Notes under the pieces: model-generated | Database searches by the model: none | What the model was told of the DNA's origin: nothing | What the model saw: only the letters and a program-made list of their open reading frames with translations | DNA from: a virus | Taxonomy: Duplodnaviria; Caudoviricetes | IMG/VR virus record: IMGVR_UViG_3300028886_000042 | DNA: 64,000 nucleotides | Strand: one strand, 5' to 3' | Translations under genes and position numbers: made by a program | Shown here: piece by piece, positions 9,717-21,134 of the stretch | How the letters are laid out: each line of letters opens with the position of its first letter | How positions within the stretch are numbered: the first letter of the stretch is position 1

Positions 9717-11693
9717 ATGGGTAACATTTTAAACCATAATAGACTTGTATTTGATTTCAGACTTGATAAAAGTGAATACTTGGATTTTTATCTGAGTTGT
9801 CCTTCCTTCGGTTCTAATGTTTCAAAAGAAGGACTGTATGACGGTTGTCTAATATCATACATAGATACAACCGACCCTGACTGTATATGGTTTGACAGCC
9901 TTTACAGTAAGAAGGAGTATGTATGGGATGAATCAGTGAACGACGGTCTGTGTCTGAGCAATATAGGTTATACCGGGGTTGATAACGGACTTATACACTA
10001 TCTGAAGGACAGAACAGGTAATGAGGAATTCCTGAGATTATTCAAGGAAAGCGAATATAAGGTTGAAAAGGGTGATTTCCGTCTTATATTAAATAAGGTA
10101 TATGGAAACAATCAGATTTTCAGTTATGACAATGATATGGTTGAGGAAAACGGCAGGATTGTCTCTAAACTTAACGGAGGTTTCTGGCAAGGTTTCTTCA
10201 GAACTGATGACAGTTATAGGGTTTTACCGAGAAATATAGGTAACGGCCTTACTTTTGAGGTGGTATTGAAGAAGCATGACTTTGAAAAGGACAATGAATA
10301 CAGACTTAATGACCGTCATTCCGATAACAAGGGTATTTTCCTTTATTTGGGTACAAGGGCTGAGAACAAATGGTGGAAGGAGTATATTCTTGAACATCAG
10401 CCGAGGAAGATAGAAAACGGTTTCATCACAAGCGGCTATGTTAAAAGTGAATATACCGAAGAGGACAGCCTTAATGATGACTATATAAAGCCATATAAGG
10501 ACTTATATGCAGCGGAAGAGTACTTTGCAGACGGTTATCTTACGGATGAATGTGATGAAAACTGCTGCTGTGAGGACGGTAAGGGAAAGGTAAGCGGATA
10601 TTCATATGATTCCTCAATGCCGGTATTCACTTATCCCGAAGCACTGAATACATACGAGGATAATTCGGTATGGTTCGACAGGGACGGTCATTTATGGATT
10701 GAAAGTGAACTTAAAAGTACCGGTAAACTTAACGGAGGTTCGCATAGCAGAAAATCAAAGTGCAACTGTGACCATTATTTCCCTGATGACTATATAACAA
10801 AGGACTATTATGAGAATTCATGTGACTGTAGTATATATTTCAAGGATGACTATCTTAAACCGGAGGTTAGGATTGACGAGAACGAGGAACTTGTAATGAA
10901 GGACGGTTACAGTATAAGGCAGGTGAATATAAGGGAGTACAGAAGTGACAATAAATTCCTTTTGTTTGACCGTACATGTGACGGATTCACTACAGATACG
11001 TGGGTTGAGGGCAGTGAGGCAGTAATAACAGAGGTACTTACACCTAAGATAAAGAACTATTTTCTCCTTTTCGACAGAACCTGTAACGGATATACGACTG
11101 AGACAATCGGCAGTCTTATAGATGAGGAATCAAGGAAATATGATATTCTGAATGATTTATACCGTAATGCCATAGCATTTCAGATAGATGACGAGGGAAG
11201 ATTAGGGTACAAATACCTTGTAAGGGACTGTGAAAAGGAGCGCGGTTATGAAATACTGAACGAATGGACTTTGCCGGGTACTGTAAAGGAGGACAAATGG
11301 ACTACTGTTACCGTGAAACTGATACCGGTAGGACGGAAATATGATGAGTGTACGGAAAATACGTCTGCTTCGGACAAAATGAAGATACTGTTCTATGTAA
11401 ACGGTAAACTCAGAATGGTTTCAAAGGAGATTCCGACACTTAACTTCAGAAAACTTAATGATATGTACAGCAAGCAGGAAGGAGTACCGTTCAATATAAG
11501 TCTTGGAGGCGGTACACAAGGGTTGGCTGATGTGATTTACCTTAACTACAGAAAATTGCCGGAATATGAGCTTCCGCTTGAAAAAGAGTTTGCAGGAACC
11601 TTTGTAGGATATGTCAGGGCACTCCGTATATATAATTGTGATATAACATTTTCAGAAATATCAGAAAATGCGGTTTTTGACAGCGATTTCTAG
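9717..11693 (+). CDS. virion structural protein with LamG/ConA-like domain
   Basis: C-terminal WTTVTV...ILFYVNGKL...ISLGGG...FVGYVRALRIYN. Confidence 0.6.
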   Translation: MGNILNHNRLVFDFRLDKSEYLDFYLSCPSFGSNVSKEGLYDGCLISYIDTTDPDCIWFDSLYSKKEYVWDESVNDGLCLSNIGYTGVDNGLIHYLKDRTGNEEFLRLFKESEYKVEKGDFRLILNKVYGNNQIFSYDNDMVEENGRIVSKLNGGFWQGFFRTDDSYRVLPRNIGNGLTFEVVLKKHDFEKDNEYRLNDRHSDNKGIFLYLGTRAENKWWKEYILEHQPRKIENGFITSGYVKSEYTEEDSLNDDYIKPYKDLYAAEEYFADGYLTDECDENCCCEDGKGKVSGYSYDSSMPVFTYPEALNTYEDNSVWFDRDGHLWIESELKSTGKLNGGSHSRKSKCNCDHYFPDDYITKDYYENSCDCSIYFKDDYLKPEVRIDENEELVMKDGYSIRQVNIREYRSDNKFLLFDRTCDGFTTDTWVEGSEAVITEVLTPKIKNYFLLFDRTCNGYTTETIGSLIDEESRKYDILNDLYRNAIAFQIDDEGRLGYKYLVRDCEKERGYEILNEWTLPGTVKEDKWTTVTVKLIPVGRKYDECTENTSASDKMKILFYVNGKLRMVSKEIPTLNFRKLNDMYSKQEGVPFNISLGGGTQGLADVIYLNYRKLPEYELPLEKEFAGTFVGYVRALRIYNCDITFSEISENAVFDSDF

Positions 11694-11734
11694 GAACGAT
11701 ACCATATTTATAATTAAATAAACTATTACTTACA

Positions 11735-13936
11735 ATGAATAACAAGGGAATAACATATTTTAGACTGAATTCGCCATACGAAGGTGATATCACGAAGAAT
11801 TGTGCCTTGGACGGATATGAAGTTGATAACAATTTCTTTACTCTTGAAGGTAGGGACATAAAATGTGTCTACGTTGAGAACGATGAAATTAAAATCGAGC
11901 TTATTAACGGACAGGTAATTAAATCCGGTAATGTATTCGGTAATTTTGCAAAGGACTTGACCTTTGACTTCGATTCCGAGAACGGTATTCTTTACGTTAA
12001 GCAGAACGGTCAGGTACAGAAAATTGAAGGTTTTGTGACGGAATACGGAGTTAACGGAGGCGTAGCAACTGACAGTACACTTGAGGGTAAGGGAAAACCT
12101 TCTTCTCCATTATCTGTTTCACCTGTTTACAGACCGGGAATGTACACTCCTGTTAAGAAGATTATAGACCTTACACAGGATGATTGCGGATGTAACTGTT
12201 CGGAGTGTTCAAGCCATACTGACGAATGCCTTCCTAACCCTAAGCATCTTTTGCCGGGAGACCGTTTCCTCGTACACGTCGAGAACAGTGACTACGGACT
12301 GCTTTACAACTATGAAGGTATAAAGAAGATTGCATGTGACCTTATCGGTACTAATTCTCCATGGAGAATACCTACAAAGGATGACTGGGATGATATGCTG
12401 AATGCAGTTGAACCTTGCGAGGCTGACAGAAACCATACAAGTGCCGCTTCTAACACATGGCTTGGAAGATTTGCCGGTAAATTCCTGAAGAGTAAGCACC
12501 TGTGGCGCAGTGAGGGTTGTATTAACAATGACAATGCAAATACATGCTTTGACTATTCTGATGAAGATACATGTGATGCAAGTGATTGCGGAAGAAGCGA
12601 GGGTGAATGCAATCCTACACATTGCGGTGAATACCATCACTGTCACAGACACAGAAAATGCGACCATCGCGGCATAGACAAGTACGGTTTCGGTATTACA
12701 CCTGCCGGTTATGCAGATGACGGAATGCTTTACGGCTATTTCGGTGAGCGCGGAATGTTCTGGACTGCTACCGTATCAAGAAGCGGTGCAAGCAGCTATG
12801 CAAAGAGATTCGACTATAACAAGTCAAATGTATATCAGGATATAGTTCCGGGCACAATTTACCTTTCACTGAGACTTGTAAAGGACTATGACGGTAACAA
12901 CTACTATCAGAGGGAGAAAATCCTTACAGACACATATCCTACAGTACTTATGCCGTCTGTTAAGACCGGCAGCAAGGTATGGACGAGTGTTAACATTGCA
13001 CTTACCAACCGCTGTTATCACGGTATCGTACCTAATGACGGTCAGGGAGTGACAATGATGAAGAAGTATTTCATCTATGAATGGGACGGTCAGAAATTCC
13101 TTACAAACGAACTTAAGGAAGGTGAAGTGGTTGCAGTTTTCGATGCACCTAATAACAGATACTGCACGGCATATCAGCTTATAAACGGTGAACTGATTGA
13201 TTTGGAACTCAGAATCGTAAATAATGTACTTTATATTATAAAGCCGAGACTTGACCACATTGAGGAACTTATCATTGCAGAGGAAAACAGGGCCAAGGAA
13301 GCTGAACAGGCACTTGGTGACAGAATTACCGAGGAAACCGAGGCAAGAACCGCTGCTGACGATACTCTCAGGAATGCAATTGAGGTAGAGGCCGCTGCAA
13401 GGGCTGCTAAGGATGCCGAACATGACGAGAAAATTGCCGAACTTGAAGAAAAGCAGGGTGATGTCGATGAGAAGATAGCAGAACTTGAAGAAAAACTTGT
13501 CCGTGAAGAAGCAGCAAGAATCGAAGGTGATGAAGCACTTGATACGAAGATTGAAACCGAGAAGGCTGACAGAATTGCAGCTGATGAGGAACTTAATACC
13601 AAGATTGAGACTGAGACAGCGGAGAGAATAGCAAAGGATGAGGAACTTGTAGAGAAGATTAATCAGGAAACTGCTGACAGAATTGCCGCTGACGAGGCAC
13701 TTGGTAACAGAATTACCGAGGAAGCAGAGGCACGAATTGCCGGTGATGAGGCTCTGAGAACTGCAATCGAGGAAGAGGCTGCTGCAAGAGAGGAAAAAGA
13801 TACCGAGATAGAAGGTAAGCTGCTCACTGAGGAAGGAACCGAATTTGATAAGACAAACGGTAAACTGACTCTGAAGAGTGCAGACGGTACTAATGACATA
13901 ACAGTACAGTTCAGTTTCAATTTCGGAGAATTCTAA
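11735..13936 (+). CDS. tail-fibre/adhesin protein with FISUMP (Fib_succ_major) domain and coiled-coil stalk
   Basis: YGLLYNY, WRIPTKDDW, YGFGITPAGY, FWTAT, LSLRLVKD; ExxxRxAADExL repeats in the C-terminal half. Confidence 0.75.
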   Translation: MNNKGITYFRLNSPYEGDITKNCALDGYEVDNNFFTLEGRDIKCVYVENDEIKIELINGQVIKSGNVFGNFAKDLTFDFDSENGILYVKQNGQVQKIEGFVTEYGVNGGVATDSTLEGKGKPSSPLSVSPVYRPGMYTPVKKIIDLTQDDCGCNCSECSSHTDECLPNPKHLLPGDRFLVHVENSDYGLLYNYEGIKKIACDLIGTNSPWRIPTKDDWDDMLNAVEPCEADRNHTSAASNTWLGRFAGKFLKSKHLWRSEGCINNDNANTCFDYSDEDTCDASDCGRSEGECNPTHCGEYHHCHRHRKCDHRGIDKYGFGITPAGYADDGMLYGYFGERGMFWTATVSRSGASSYAKRFDYNKSNVYQDIVPGTIYLSLRLVKDYDGNNYYQREKILTDTYPTVLMPSVKTGSKVWTSVNIALTNRCYHGIVPNDGQGVTMMKKYFIYEWDGQKFLTNELKEGEVVAVFDAPNNRYCTAYQLINGELIDLELRIVNNVLYIIKPRLDHIEELIIAEENRAKEAEQALGDRITEETEARTAADDTLRNAIEVEAAARAAKDAEHDEKIAELEEKQGDVDEKIAELEEKLVREEAARIEGDEALDTKIETEKADRIAADEELNTKIETETAERIAKDEELVEKINQETADRIAADEALGNRITEEAEARIAGDEALRTAIEEEAAAREEKDTEIEGKLLTEEGTEFDKTNGKLTLKSADGTNDITVQFSFNFGEF
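13270..13815 (+). repeat. ~18-aa coiled-coil tandem repeats
   Basis: About 9 copies of E(A/T)xxRxA(A/G/K)DExLxxKI. Confidence 0.75.
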
Positions 13937-13982
13937 TTAGAAAATAAAGTAAAGAAATAAAGATTTATCAACAATTCTTACA

Positions 13983-16900
13983 ATGAATAACGAATATAGA
14001 TTGCAATTATTGAATCACGGTGAGATTTTCCCTACCAGAGAGGAGGCCGTAGAGTACATAGAGGACAATTTTAAAGGTGTCGCTCTATGGGCTGAACCCG
14101 GTCTTGCTTTCTACGGTACGGAGAGAGAGCCTAAGATGATTCTTGCATTCGGTGCCAGTAAAACAGCCACAAGGCCACGTGTCTGCTACATCGATGATGC
14201 GGAATTAAGAGAAATGATTGCAGCCATTCAGGAACAGGTTGACATTCATACCGGTCAAATTGAAGAGGCTGCTGAGAGAATCCTTAATATTGTCAGTGCT
14301 GTCGGTCTTACCCTTGATGAAAACAGAATAAAAGACCAGATTCACTATGAACCAGACCCAAGTGACGAACTTATCGGACGTGCAACAAGCGTTGCCGAGG
14401 CCATAGCCATTATCTCCACATTCGTACAGGAAAAAATAAAGGATTTGGAATTTGACGTAGTTGACAGCCGTTCAATTGACCTTAATATCAATAAGACAGA
14501 GGATAAGACATTGCTTACCGGTGAAGTTAGGATTTCAACTGAAGGACAGGATGACGAACTTGACTTCAACAATAATATTGTCGGTATCAAGCCTGACGGT
14601 ATCTTTGCTGCATGTAACATGGAATACGACCCGTTAGGAAACCGCCTTATTTTCACTACATCCGGTGTTAAGAACGGACGTTTCGTAACAGATGCGAACG
14701 TAAAGATTATCGAACTTGGTGAACATACGAAGTATCATGCAGACAACGAAGGTCATACCGTTGAAATGATTGTCGATAACGAGCGCGGTACACTGTCAGC
14801 AGATGTTAAGATTGCTTCTGATGAGACGAATATTCTTCAGAATCATGACGGAAGACTTCTGGTTGACGGTAAGGCTAAGAATATCAAGTACAAGGGTACT
14901 ACTGTTGCTGCTGCACTCAATACTATCAATGAGGAAATTGACAGAATCAAGGATGAAATCAGAATCCTTATGGTTGAGGACTTCATTCAGGGTGATGAGA
15001 GTGATACTATCCTTACAAAGGCAATAAAGAATCCTAACGGAGGCTATACCGTAACTGCTGACGTACGACTCAGTTCAGATGAGTCAATTCAGGTTGCAAA
15101 CGGCGGTATCAAGGCTAATGTCGATATTAATGTGGATTCAACCAACAACAAACTTATACTGAGTGTAGGTAACAATACAAAGGAAGTACAGCTTCCCGGT
15201 ATCAGTATAGTTGACAACATCTACTATGATGCCGTTAACAAGTGTATCGTTATTACATGGAAGGACGGAACACAGAAAACCGTTATCCCTGTAGGCGATA
15301 TGCTTAATACATGGATTGTCGATAACAATCCTCAGAGTCCTGTCGTGCTTACAAAGACAGAACCTGAAGTTGCCGGTGACCCTGAGAAACTGTCAGCAGA
15401 CATCAAGCTTGCCTCAACAGATAATCTTATCGCAAAGGACGCATACGGACAACTCTTCGTAAGCCGTAGTGCAATTGACAACAAGATTGCTGAGGAAGCA
15501 ACGGCAAGGGAGGCTGCTGACGCACAGATTAGAAGTGCAGTAGAGGCAGAGGAAAACGCCAGACGTGAGGCTGACGAGGTTCTTGACAATAAGATTGACA
15601 CCACAAAGGATGCAATCTACGCAAGAATCGATGCTGATGAAGAAAGGATTAATGAAGCCTATGCAAATGCAGAAGAGGCAAAGGCACAGGTTGAGCTTAC
15701 AAATGCAAATCTCAATGCGGAGATAAGCCGTGCTACAACAGCAGAAGGTGTAAATGCAGATGCCATTGCAGCAGAGACTTCAAGAGCAACGGCTGCTGAA
15801 AATGCAATTGACTCAAGACTTAGTGTAACTGAATCGGGTCTGGCTGCTGAAAAGACTACAAGAAGTACAGCAGATGCAGTACATGACGAGCAGATTTCGA
15901 ATTTGCAGAATGCACTTGCCGCAGCAGAGGCTTCACACCGTGAGGACGTTGAAAGACTGTCTGCCGGTATAAGGACTAATACAGAGTCAATTGCCGTAAT
16001 TAACGGTAGTGAAACTGTATCAGGCTCAATGAGGGAACTTGTAAAGGGTGCTAAGGATGAACTTAATCAGACAATCAGTAATGAAGTTACACGTGCTACT
16101 GCTGCTGAACAGAGAGTTGAACTTCTGTTGCAGAACGAGGAACTGAGAGCAACACAGGCCGAAGCTGCTGCCGTAACAACGGCAAATGCCTATACAGACC
16201 ATGCAGTTGCTGACAGTAAGCATATGTCGGATGACTATACGGATGCTGCAAAGGCCGAGGCTATTGCAACTTCAAAGGCTTATACCGACTCTAAGGTTGC
16301 CGAAGCAGGCGAGGCTTCAACTTCCTATACCGATACAAAGGTAAATGAAGAGAAGAACCGTGCCGTTGCTGCTGAAACCGCTAATGCAAATGCCATTGTT
16401 GCCTTGCAGGAGAAGGATATTCAGATTGAGGGCGAACTTGCCGATAAGGTAAGTGAGGTTAAGATTGTGAAGAACTCGCAGAGTGATTTGCAGTATATAT
16501 TGAAAGTTGACGGTCAGGACGCAGGTGAAATCAATATTCCTAAAGACCAGTTCTTAGTTGAAGTACTGTATAATTCAGTAAGCAAGGAACTGACATTCGT
16601 GTTCGAGACTCAGACAGGACGTGAGACAACTACTATCAGTATCGCCGACTTGATTGACACATACCTTGCCGGTAACGGTATCGTACTTAACGGTAACGTA
16701 TTCAGTGTAAAGGTAAATCCTGCAAGTGAATTCCTGTCAGTCGATGCAGACGGTATCAAGGTAACCGGTATTAATGCTGCACTTGCTACTAAGGCAGATG
16801 CTTCAAATGTATACACAAAGGCTGAGGCAGACGGAAAGTTCCTTACCGAACATCAGGATATTTCACACCTTGCTACAAAGGTTGAACTTGAGGCTGAGAC

Positions 16901-19900
16901 AACACGTGCCACTGCTGCCGAACAGTTTAATACAAGCCGTATAGTTTCTTTGGAGGGTGAAATCGTACATAAGGTTGAACACGTAGAGATTGTCAAGAAC
17001 TCGCAGAGTGACTTGCAGTACATACTTAAGGTTGACGGTCAGGATGCAGGTGAAATCAACATTCCTAAAGACCAGTTCCTTGAGAGTGTAACCTACAACG
17101 AACAGACAAAGACACTTGAATTCATATTCATAACAACAGACGGAAGACCTTCAATCGTAAGGATTAATATTTCCGACCTGGTTGACGTTTATACTGCCGG
17201 TAATGGTCTGAACCTTAACGGTAATGTATTCAGTGTAGCTATCGACCCTTCAAGTGACGAGTATATTACACTTACTCCTTACGGAATCAAGATTAGCGGT
17301 ATCAAGGCTGCAATCGACAATAAGGCTAATGCTGCTGACGTATATACAAAGACTGAGGCAGATAACAAATTCCTTACTGAACATCAGGATATTTCCTATC
17401 TCGCAACAAAGGAACAGGTAAATACTGAGGTTGCACGTCTGGATGCTAAGGATGCTGAACTTACTGCCGAGGTTAACAGAAAGGTTGAAACCGTAGAGGT
17501 TGAGAAGAATCCCGGTAATGAACTTCAGTACTTCATTATAGTTGACGGTACGAGGGTAGGTACTATCGATATTCCAAAAGACCAGTTCTTAAAGGAAGTA
17601 AGATATGATTCTGCATCAAAGACTCTTATCTTTACATTCGAGACTACTGAAGGAACAAAGATTGTCAATGTACCTATCGGTGATTTGGTTAACACATATA
17701 CAGCCGGTAACGGTCTGAAACTTGTGGATAATCAGTTCTCAGTTAAGATTAATCCTGCAAGTGAGTTTATCACTGCTGACGAGGACGGTATAAAGGTTAC
17801 AGGTATAAGTGCTGCACTTGCAAACAAGGCAAATGTGGGTGATTCCTATACCAAGGCTGAGTCTGATGCTAAGTATATTACGGAACATCAAGACCTTACA
17901 CCTCTTACAGACAGAATTACCGCAAACGAGAACGCCATTACGGTTATTAACGGTAACGAGGCACAGGAAGGCTCAATCAAGAAGTCGCTTGCAGACGCAA
18001 AGGCTTATGCTGATGCACTCGTAACAGCTGAAAAGGCTGAGAGACAGTCAGTTGACGCTACAAAGGCTAATGTAGGTGATTCATATACAAAGGCTGAGTC
18101 TGATTCTAAGTATCTGACAAGTGCTTCAATCGAGAACCTTGCAACAAAGGCTGAACTTGCAGCTGAGACTACACGTGCAACTGCTGCCGAGGAAGCAAAT
18201 GCTGCTGAAATCGTTAACCTTAAGAACAAGGATATTCAGATTGAAAACGAACTTGCTGAGAAGGTTGAGGACGTTAAGATTGTCAAGGGTGATACCGACT
18301 TTGTATACAGACTGTTCGTTGATAATGTTGAAAAGGGTGTTATCAATATTCCCGAAGACCAGTTCTTGAAGAACGTAAGCTATAATCCTGTAACAAGAAT
18401 ACTTACATTCGTGTTCGAGACTTCAGCAGGTGAAAGAGTCGTAGATATCGATATGTCAACCCTTGTTGACACCTATACTGCCGGTAACGGTCTGCAACTT
18501 GATGCGAATAATCAGTTCTCAGTCAAGATTAACGAGGATTCCGAGTCATACATTACCGTAACTGCCGAGGGTATCAAGATTTCAGGTATTGACGCTGCAC
18601 TTGCAAGCAAGGCTAATGTTGGTGTTTCCTATACCAAGGCTGAGTCTGATGCTAAGTATCTGACCGGTACTGATATTGAGGGTCTCGCTACAAAGGCTGA
18701 AGTAACTGCACTTGACAATAAGGTTGAGGGCTATAATACCGAACTGAATACCAAGGTAAATGCTAATACGGATGCCATTACAACCCTTAACGGAAATGCA
18801 CTTGTAGAAGGTTCAGTTGACTATAAGGTTAAGGCTGCTAAGGATGCACTTGAAGCTGAAATCGCTGTAAAGGCTAATGCAGCTGACGTATATACGAAGA
18901 CTGAAATCGATAATAAGGGCTTCCTTACCGATGCTGATATCGAGGGACTTGCTACAAAGGCTGAGGTAACTACCGAGGTTGCACGTCTGGATGCTAAGGA
19001 TGTAGAACTTACTACCGAGGTCAACAAGAAGGTTGAAACCGTACAGGTTGTAAAGAGTACCGGTAGTGACTTGTCATACGATATCAGAGTTGACGGTCAA
19101 TCAGTAGGTACAATTGACATTCCAAAAGACCAGTTCTTGAAGAGTGTAACCTATGATGCCGGTAATAAGGAAATTGTATTCGTATTCGAGACCTCAGAAG
19201 GTGACAAGACCGTAAGGGTAAGCGTTGCTGACTTGGTTGATACATATACAGCCGGTAACGGTCTGCAACTTGACGAAAACAACAAGTTCTCAGTGAAGAT
19301 TAACGAGGATTCCGAGTCATACATTACCGTAACTGCCGAGGGTATCAAGGTTTCAGGTATCGACGCTGCACTCGCTGCAAAGGCCAACGCTGCCGATGTA
19401 TATACAAAGGCTCAGGCAGATGACAAGTTCCTGACAAATGCAGATATTGATAATCTTGCTACAAAGGCTGAACTGAATACTGTAAGCGAGGCTACAACGG
19501 CAAATACTAATGCCATCGCAGTGATTAACGGTAATGAATCTCAGGAAGGTTCAATCAAGAAGTCGCTTTCAGATGCAAAGGCTTATACGGATAACAGTGT
19601 TTCTGCTGAGACTGCACGTGCTACTGCTGCTGAAACCGCAAATGCAAATGCCATTGCAGTGATTAACGGTAACGAGGCACAGGAAGGCTCTATCAAGAAG
19701 GCTTTGAAGGATGCCAAGGACTATACTGACAACAGTATTGCCGGTGTAAGAAGCGACTATGATACTCAGATTGCAGGTATTAACGATGCATTGAACACCA
19801 AGGCTAACAAGAGCGAGGTTTATACTATTGCAGAAATCGATGCAAAGGGTTATCTGACAAGTACCGATATAGCAGGTCTGGCAACAAAGGAAGAGGTAAG

Positions 19901-21029
19901 TACTGAGACAACACGCGCAACTCAGGCTGAATCCAACTTACAGTCAGCAATAAACACTGCAAATGTGAATATCGCAACGAATACTTCGGATATCGCTTCA
20001 CTTAATGCAGAGGTTGCAAGTCAGAATCTGATTGCAGACGAGACTAATTCAGTCAAACTGGTTAAGAGCAAGGACGCAAGCGGTACTGAACTCATGGCTG
20101 ATGTCAAGCTCGATACTTCCGCTACCAACATTATCAGGGTAACCGGTAACGGTCTGATAGCAGACGTTGAAATGACTTACAGCCAGTCTACGAACAAGAT
20201 TACGTTCAGTAACGGCGTAACTATTCAGGAATTTGAACTTGCCGGTGCTTCACTGCTTGAAAACGGCTACTATGATTCAGTTTCAAAGCAGATAGTACTT
20301 GTAACAAGATTAGCTGACGGAACCATAAGGGAAATCAGAATCGACGCTGCTGCACTTATCCATACACTGAAGGTTGACAACGGTACTAACAATCCTATCA
20401 AGCTCAGTAAGACAATCGACCCTGAAGGTGTTGACGTACTCAGTGCAAGACTTGACATCTCAACTGAGAGCCATAACCTTATCCTTAACAATAACGGTAC
20501 GCTCTATGCTTCAAATGAGGCTAAGAATATGACCGGTCTGTGGGAAGGCGAAGAAAAGTCATTGCAGTGGATTGTAAGTCAGATTGAAGGTGCTTCCGGT
20601 GAAATAGAGGATATCGTACATGACGTTGAGACTCTTCAGAGTGACATGACTCAGGTAAAGAGTGATGTAAGTTCATTACAGACAGAACTTACGACTGTAT
20701 CTGCAAGGGTTACTCAGAATACTATCGACATTGCAACCAACCGTGGTTCAATCGAGACTCTGACAACTCAGGTAAGTGACCTTAACGGACGTGTAACCAA
20801 CCTTACAAATGAGGTTAACGACCTTGAGGAAACCGTAAGCAGCTATGAGACCCGTGTTACAAGCCTTGAAACTGACATGACTCAGGTCAAGAGTAACGTA
20901 TCTAAACTTCTGACAGATGTTGACAGAATAGATACCCAACTTGGTGACATAAGCGGTCAGCATACAGTTGCAGAGAGACTTGAAGTTCTTGAGCGTGAGG
21001 TTTATAACGGTGACTACGGTACATATTGA
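13983..21029 (+). CDS. giant repeat-rich tail fibre protein (2348 aa)
   Basis: Alternating coiled-coil (ETxRATAAE) and beta-rich repeat modules; located in the fibre cluster. Confidence 0.75.
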   Translation: MNNEYRLQLLNHGEIFPTREEAVEYIEDNFKGVALWAEPGLAFYGTEREPKMILAFGASKTATRPRVCYIDDAELREMIAAIQEQVDIHTGQIEEAAERILNIVSAVGLTLDENRIKDQIHYEPDPSDELIGRATSVAEAIAIISTFVQEKIKDLEFDVVDSRSIDLNINKTEDKTLLTGEVRISTEGQDDELDFNNNIVGIKPDGIFAACNMEYDPLGNRLIFTTSGVKNGRFVTDANVKIIELGEHTKYHADNEGHTVEMIVDNERGTLSADVKIASDETNILQNHDGRLLVDGKAKNIKYKGTTVAAALNTINEEIDRIKDEIRILMVEDFIQGDESDTILTKAIKNPNGGYTVTADVRLSSDESIQVANGGIKANVDINVDSTNNKLILSVGNNTKEVQLPGISIVDNIYYDAVNKCIVITWKDGTQKTVIPVGDMLNTWIVDNNPQSPVVLTKTEPEVAGDPEKLSADIKLASTDNLIAKDAYGQLFVSRSAIDNKIAEEATAREAADAQIRSAVEAEENARREADEVLDNKIDTTKDAIYARIDADEERINEAYANAEEAKAQVELTNANLNAEISRATTAEGVNADAIAAETSRATAAENAIDSRLSVTESGLAAEKTTRSTADAVHDEQISNLQNALAAAEASHREDVERLSAGIRTNTESIAVINGSETVSGSMRELVKGAKDELNQTISNEVTRATAAEQRVELLLQNEELRATQAEAAAVTTANAYTDHAVADSKHMSDDYTDAAKAEAIATSKAYTDSKVAEAGEASTSYTDTKVNEEKNRAVAAETANANAIVALQEKDIQIEGELADKVSEVKIVKNSQSDLQYILKVDGQDAGEINIPKDQFLVEVLYNSVSKELTFVFETQTGRETTTISIADLIDTYLAGNGIVLNGNVFSVKVNPASEFLSVDADGIKVTGINAALATKADASNVYTKAEADGKFLTEHQDISHLATKVELEAETTRATAAEQFNTSRIVSLEGEIVHKVEHVEIVKNSQSDLQYILKVDGQDAGEINIPKDQFLESVTYNEQTKTLEFIFITTDGRPSIVRINISDLVDVYTAGNGLNLNGNVFSVAIDPSSDEYITLTPYGIKISGIKAAIDNKANAADVYTKTEADNKFLTEHQDISYLATKEQVNTEVARLDAKDAELTAEVNRKVETVEVEKNPGNELQYFIIVDGTRVGTIDIPKDQFLKEVRYDSASKTLIFTFETTEGTKIVNVPIGDLVNTYTAGNGLKLVDNQFSVKINPASEFITADEDGIKVTGISAALANKANVGDSYTKAESDAKYITEHQDLTPLTDRITANENAITVINGNEAQEGSIKKSLADAKAYADALVTAEKAERQSVDATKANVGDSYTKAESDSKYLTSASIENLATKAELAAETTRATAAEEANAAEIVNLKNKDIQIENELAEKVEDVKIVKGDTDFVYRLFVDNVEKGVINIPEDQFLKNVSYNPVTRILTFVFETSAGERVVDIDMSTLVDTYTAGNGLQLDANNQFSVKINEDSESYITVTAEGIKISGIDAALASKANVGVSYTKAESDAKYLTGTDIEGLATKAEVTALDNKVEGYNTELNTKVNANTDAITTLNGNALVEGSVDYKVKAAKDALEAEIAVKANAADVYTKTEIDNKGFLTDADIEGLATKAEVTTEVARLDAKDVELTTEVNKKVETVQVVKSTGSDLSYDIRVDGQSVGTIDIPKDQFLKSVTYDAGNKEIVFVFETSEGDKTVRVSVADLVDTYTAGNGLQLDENNKFSVKINEDSESYITVTAEGIKVSGIDAALAAKANAADVYTKAQADDKFLTNADIDNLATKAELNTVSEATTANTNAIAVINGNESQEGSIKKSLSDAKAYTDNSVSAETARATAAETANANAIAVINGNEAQEGSIKKALKDAKDYTDNSIAGVRSDYDTQIAGINDALNTKANKSEVYTIAEIDAKGYLTSTDIAGLATKEEVSTETTRATQAESNLQSAINTANVNIATNTSDIASLNAEVASQNLIADETNSVKLVKSKDASGTELMADVKLDTSATNIIRVTGNGLIADVEMTYSQSTNKITFSNGVTIQEFELAGASLLENGYYDSVSKQIVLVTRLADGTIREIRIDAAALIHTLKVDNGTNNPIKLSKTIDPEGVDVLSARLDISTESHNLILNNNGTLYASNEAKNMTGLWEGEEKSLQWIVSQIEGASGEIEDIVHDVETLQSDMTQVKSDVSSLQTELTTVSARVTQNTIDIATNRGSIETLTTQVSDLNGRVTNLTNEVNDLEETVSSYETRVTSLETDMTQVKSNVSKLLTDVDRIDTQLGDISGQHTVAERLEVLEREVYNGDYGTY
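16440..19470 (+). repeat. five tandem ~175-260-aa modules in the fibre gene
   Basis: Five copies of IP(K/E)DQFL..V.Y...DL(V/I)xxYxAGNG, with nucleotide-level similarity (e.g. ~16470-16553 vs ~16995-17078; ~18480-18590 vs ~19251-19365). Confidence 0.85.
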
Positions 21030-21046
21030 TAAAATTGTTAAAAAAA

Positions 21047-21075
21047 TGTCGGGGAAGGTTGACTTTTCCCCGATA
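21047..21075 (+). terminator. intrinsic terminator
   Basis: TGTCGGGGAAG...TTTTCCCCGATA hairpin. Confidence 0.65.
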
Positions 21076-21134
21076 TTTAAAATATTTATAAAGGAAAAGA
21101 AAAAGAGAAATAAAAAATTAATATATATTCGATA

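Noticed and set aside
12290-12890. Diversity-generating retroelement targeting the FISUMP domain
   Set aside because: No reverse transcriptase and no adenine-variant template repeat seen in this window; one could lie elsewhere in the genome
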